A stretch of 64,000 nucleotides of DNA, from NCBI RefSeq assembly GCF_009914755.1, contig NC_060925.1, one strand, 5' to 3'. The notes under the pieces were generated by a model. That model was not told where the DNA came from. It saw only the letters and a program-made list of their open reading frames with translations, and did no database searches. Shown piece by piece: positions 61,160 through 64,000 of the stretch; the stretch's first letter is position 1, and every line of letters starts with the position of its first letter. A program made the translations under genes and the position numbers. Origin of the DNA: the human T2T-CHM13v2.0 reference genome, Homo sapiens.

Positions 61160-62249
61160 TAATTTTGAACTAGAAGAAACTCTAAAAATTATTTAGTCAA
61201 ATTACTCCCATTTCACTGGTGAAGTGACAAGACACCAAGAAAAATATAAGGCAATTTTATTGAATGCTTACTCTCTGCTGGTTATATGTTCACATTGTCT
61301 TGTATTCCTTTTTATCCCTCTCCATGTCTACCTGCAGTAGGTGTTATTAACCCCATTTACAGGTAGGAAAGCAGGCTCCAAGAGGCATATCACCTTGCTC
61401 CATGTCTCTCAGCAAGTTTATGGCGGCACAATGACCAGAACACACATTGTCTGACTCCTTGGTCAGTGCCCTTTCAGAACAGCGTGGTCCCACATTCAGG
61501 ATGGGATTCATTTATTCATTCACTCAGGAAATATTCATTGGGCATCTATTCTATATAAGATCCTTGAGAACAAGACAGACACCGTCCCTTCCTTCTTAGA
61601 GTTGACATTCTATTAGGGGAGGCAGAATTTACACAAATAATTAGACAATGCCCAACTGCAACTGTGATAATTGCTGCTAAGTAAAAGCATCAGGTGTCAA
61701 TAAGAACATTTACTTAGGGAACTAACAAGGGGTTAGGGAAGGCAGTTCCCTTCCCTAAAAGAAGTTCTGAGGCACAAGCAGCAGTTAACTATGCCCAGGA
61801 GAGCAGGGCAGGTCCCCATTAAGAGAACAATTATGCAGACCTTGAAGCAGGAGCAATGGCATGAGAAAAGTAGCATAAGCCGAGCTGCATACACAAGCAC
61901 AGCCAGCCCTTGCAAGGCATCAAACAAACACAATTCTAGTATTGAAGTAAAGAAAGCCATAGAAGAGTTTCAAACAGGATGGGGACAAAATAAGAGTAAC
62001 TCTTTCTTTAAAAAATGTATTTTAAAACATAAATTATACATAGACACATACATACAACTTTACACTAATGAAAAACGATCATATAAGTATTTTTTCAGTC
62101 CTCTTATCTGGGTGCCTTACCCACTCTCTTAACCCCATAACAATCTCCAGTTCTATAATCTACATTAACAAATCAGAATACATCTTTCAATATTTTTCTC
62201 TCATATAGTCAAATAGATACAAACATGTATCACATATAATGGATACACA

Positions 62250-64000
62250 CAGGTATAGCTTGAAGATACCGTGGGTTTGGTCCCAGACAACAGCAATCAT
62301 GTAAATATCAGAGTAAAGTGTGTCACACAAATTTTCTGGTTTCCCAGGGCATATAAATGTTATGTTTACACTATACTGTAGTCTATTAAAGTGTTCAATA
62401 GCATTATGTCTAAAAACACAATGTACATATTTAATTAAAAAATACTTTATTGCTGAAAAAAAAAACATGCTAACAATCATTTGAGCCTTCAGCAAGTCCT
62501 AATATTTTTGCTGGTGAAAGGTCTTGCCTCAATGTTGATGGCTGCTGACTGATCAGGGTGTTGGTTGCTAAAGGCTGCAATGGCTGTGGCAATTTCTTAA
62601 AAGAAGACAATGATGAGTTTTGCTGCATCAATGGACCCTTCCTTTCACAAAATATTTCTCAGAGGCATCCAATGCTGTTTGATAGAATTTTACTCACAGT
62701 AAAACTGCTTTCAAAATTAGAGTAAATTTTCTCAAATCCTGCTGCTGCTTTATCAACTAAATTTATGTAATACTCTTAACCCTTTGTTGTCATTTAAACA
62801 ATGTTCACAGCATCTTCACCAGGAGTATAGATGCCATCTGAAGAAACCACTTTCTTTGCTCATCCATAAGAAGCAACTCCTCATTGGCTCAATTTTCATC
62901 ATGAGATTGTGGCAACTGAGTGACATATTCAGGCTCCACTTCTATTTTTCTTGCTATTTCCACCCTTCAAAGTCATCCATGAGGATCGGAATCAAATTCT
63001 TCCAAACTCCTGTTAATATTGATATTTTGACCTGACGATTGGAATCAAATTCTTCCAAACTCCTGTTAATGTTGATATTTTGATCTTCTCCCATGAACCA
63101 CAAATATTCTTAATGACATCTAGAATGCTGAATCCTTTCAGAAGGTTGTCAATTTACTTTGCCCAGATTCATCAGAAGAATAATTATCTATGGCAGCTAT
63201 AGCCTTACCAAGTGTATTCCTACATAATAAGACTTCAAAGGCAAAATTACTCCTTGATCCATGGGCTGCAGAATGGATGTTGTATTAGCAAGCATGAAAA
63301 CAACACTCATCTCCTTGTACATCTCCATCAGAGCTCTTGGGTGATTAGGTGCATTGTCAACAAGCAATAATATACTGAAATGAATCTTTTTTTTCTAAGC
63401 AGTAAGTATTAACAGTGGGCTTACAATATTCAGTAAACCATGCTGTAAACAGATGTGCTGTCATCCAGCCTGTTGTTCCATTTTATAGAGCACAAGCAGA
63501 ATAGATTTAGCCTAATTCTTAAGGGCCCTAAAAATTTTCAGAGTGGTAAATGAGCACTGGCTTCAACTTAAAGTCATCAGCTGCATTAGCCCACACAACA
63601 AGAGAGTCAGCTGTCCTTTCAAGCCTGAAGTTGACTTCTCCTGTCTAGCTATGGAAGTCCTAGATGGCATCTTCTTCCAGTAGAAGGTTGTTTTGTCTAC
63701 ATTGAAAATCTGTTGTTTCATGTATCCTGCACCAGTAATCTTAGATCTTCTGGATAATTTCTTGCAGCTTCTACATCAACACTTGCTGCTTTACTTCACA
63801 GTTTTATGTTATGGAGATGGCTTTCTTCCTAAGATCTCATGAACTAACCTCTGATAGCTTCAAACTTTTCTCCTGCAGCTTTCTCACCTCTCTCAGCCTT
63901 CACAGAACTAAAGAGAGTTAGGGTCTTGCTCTGGATTAGGCTTTGGATTAAGGGAATGTTGTAGCTGGCTTGATCTTCTATGCAGACTACTCGAACTTTC
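62250..64000 (-). mobile_element. Tigger1 DNA transposon, running off the window
   Basis: caggtatagcttgaagatacc...ggtttcccagggcatataaatgttatgtttacactatactgtag terminus followed by decayed transposase sequence. Confidence 0.88.

Overview
Primate (almost certainly human, 1p13) genomic DNA rich in Alu, L1, L2, MIR, MaLR-LTR and Tigger/hAT repeats. Bases ~26,960-64,000 hold the 3' part of CD58 (LFA-3) on the minus strand. Exons 2-6 can be placed to the base with GT-AG boundaries, and exon 1 lies beyond the right edge. Intron 3 contains a TSD-flanked NAP1L4 processed pseudogene, sense to CD58, with an unusually long CpG-rich leader, plus a near-consensus AluY ~90 nt from the exon 3 donor. The sequence around exons 4-6 can encode up to five different CD58 C-termini. 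The most striking unexplained structure is a perfect 16-nt inverted copy, 1.3 kb upstream in intron 4, of the segment holding the GPI-isoform splice acceptor, its stop codon and the likely branch point of the transmembrane-isoform acceptor. This is a candidate long-range RNA duplex controlling anchor choice. Bases 1-26,900 appear non-coding, with a CpG-enriched patch at ~5.6-7.1 kb and two local ~200-bp duplications. Repeat subfamily calls come from remembered consensus sequences, not from a search.
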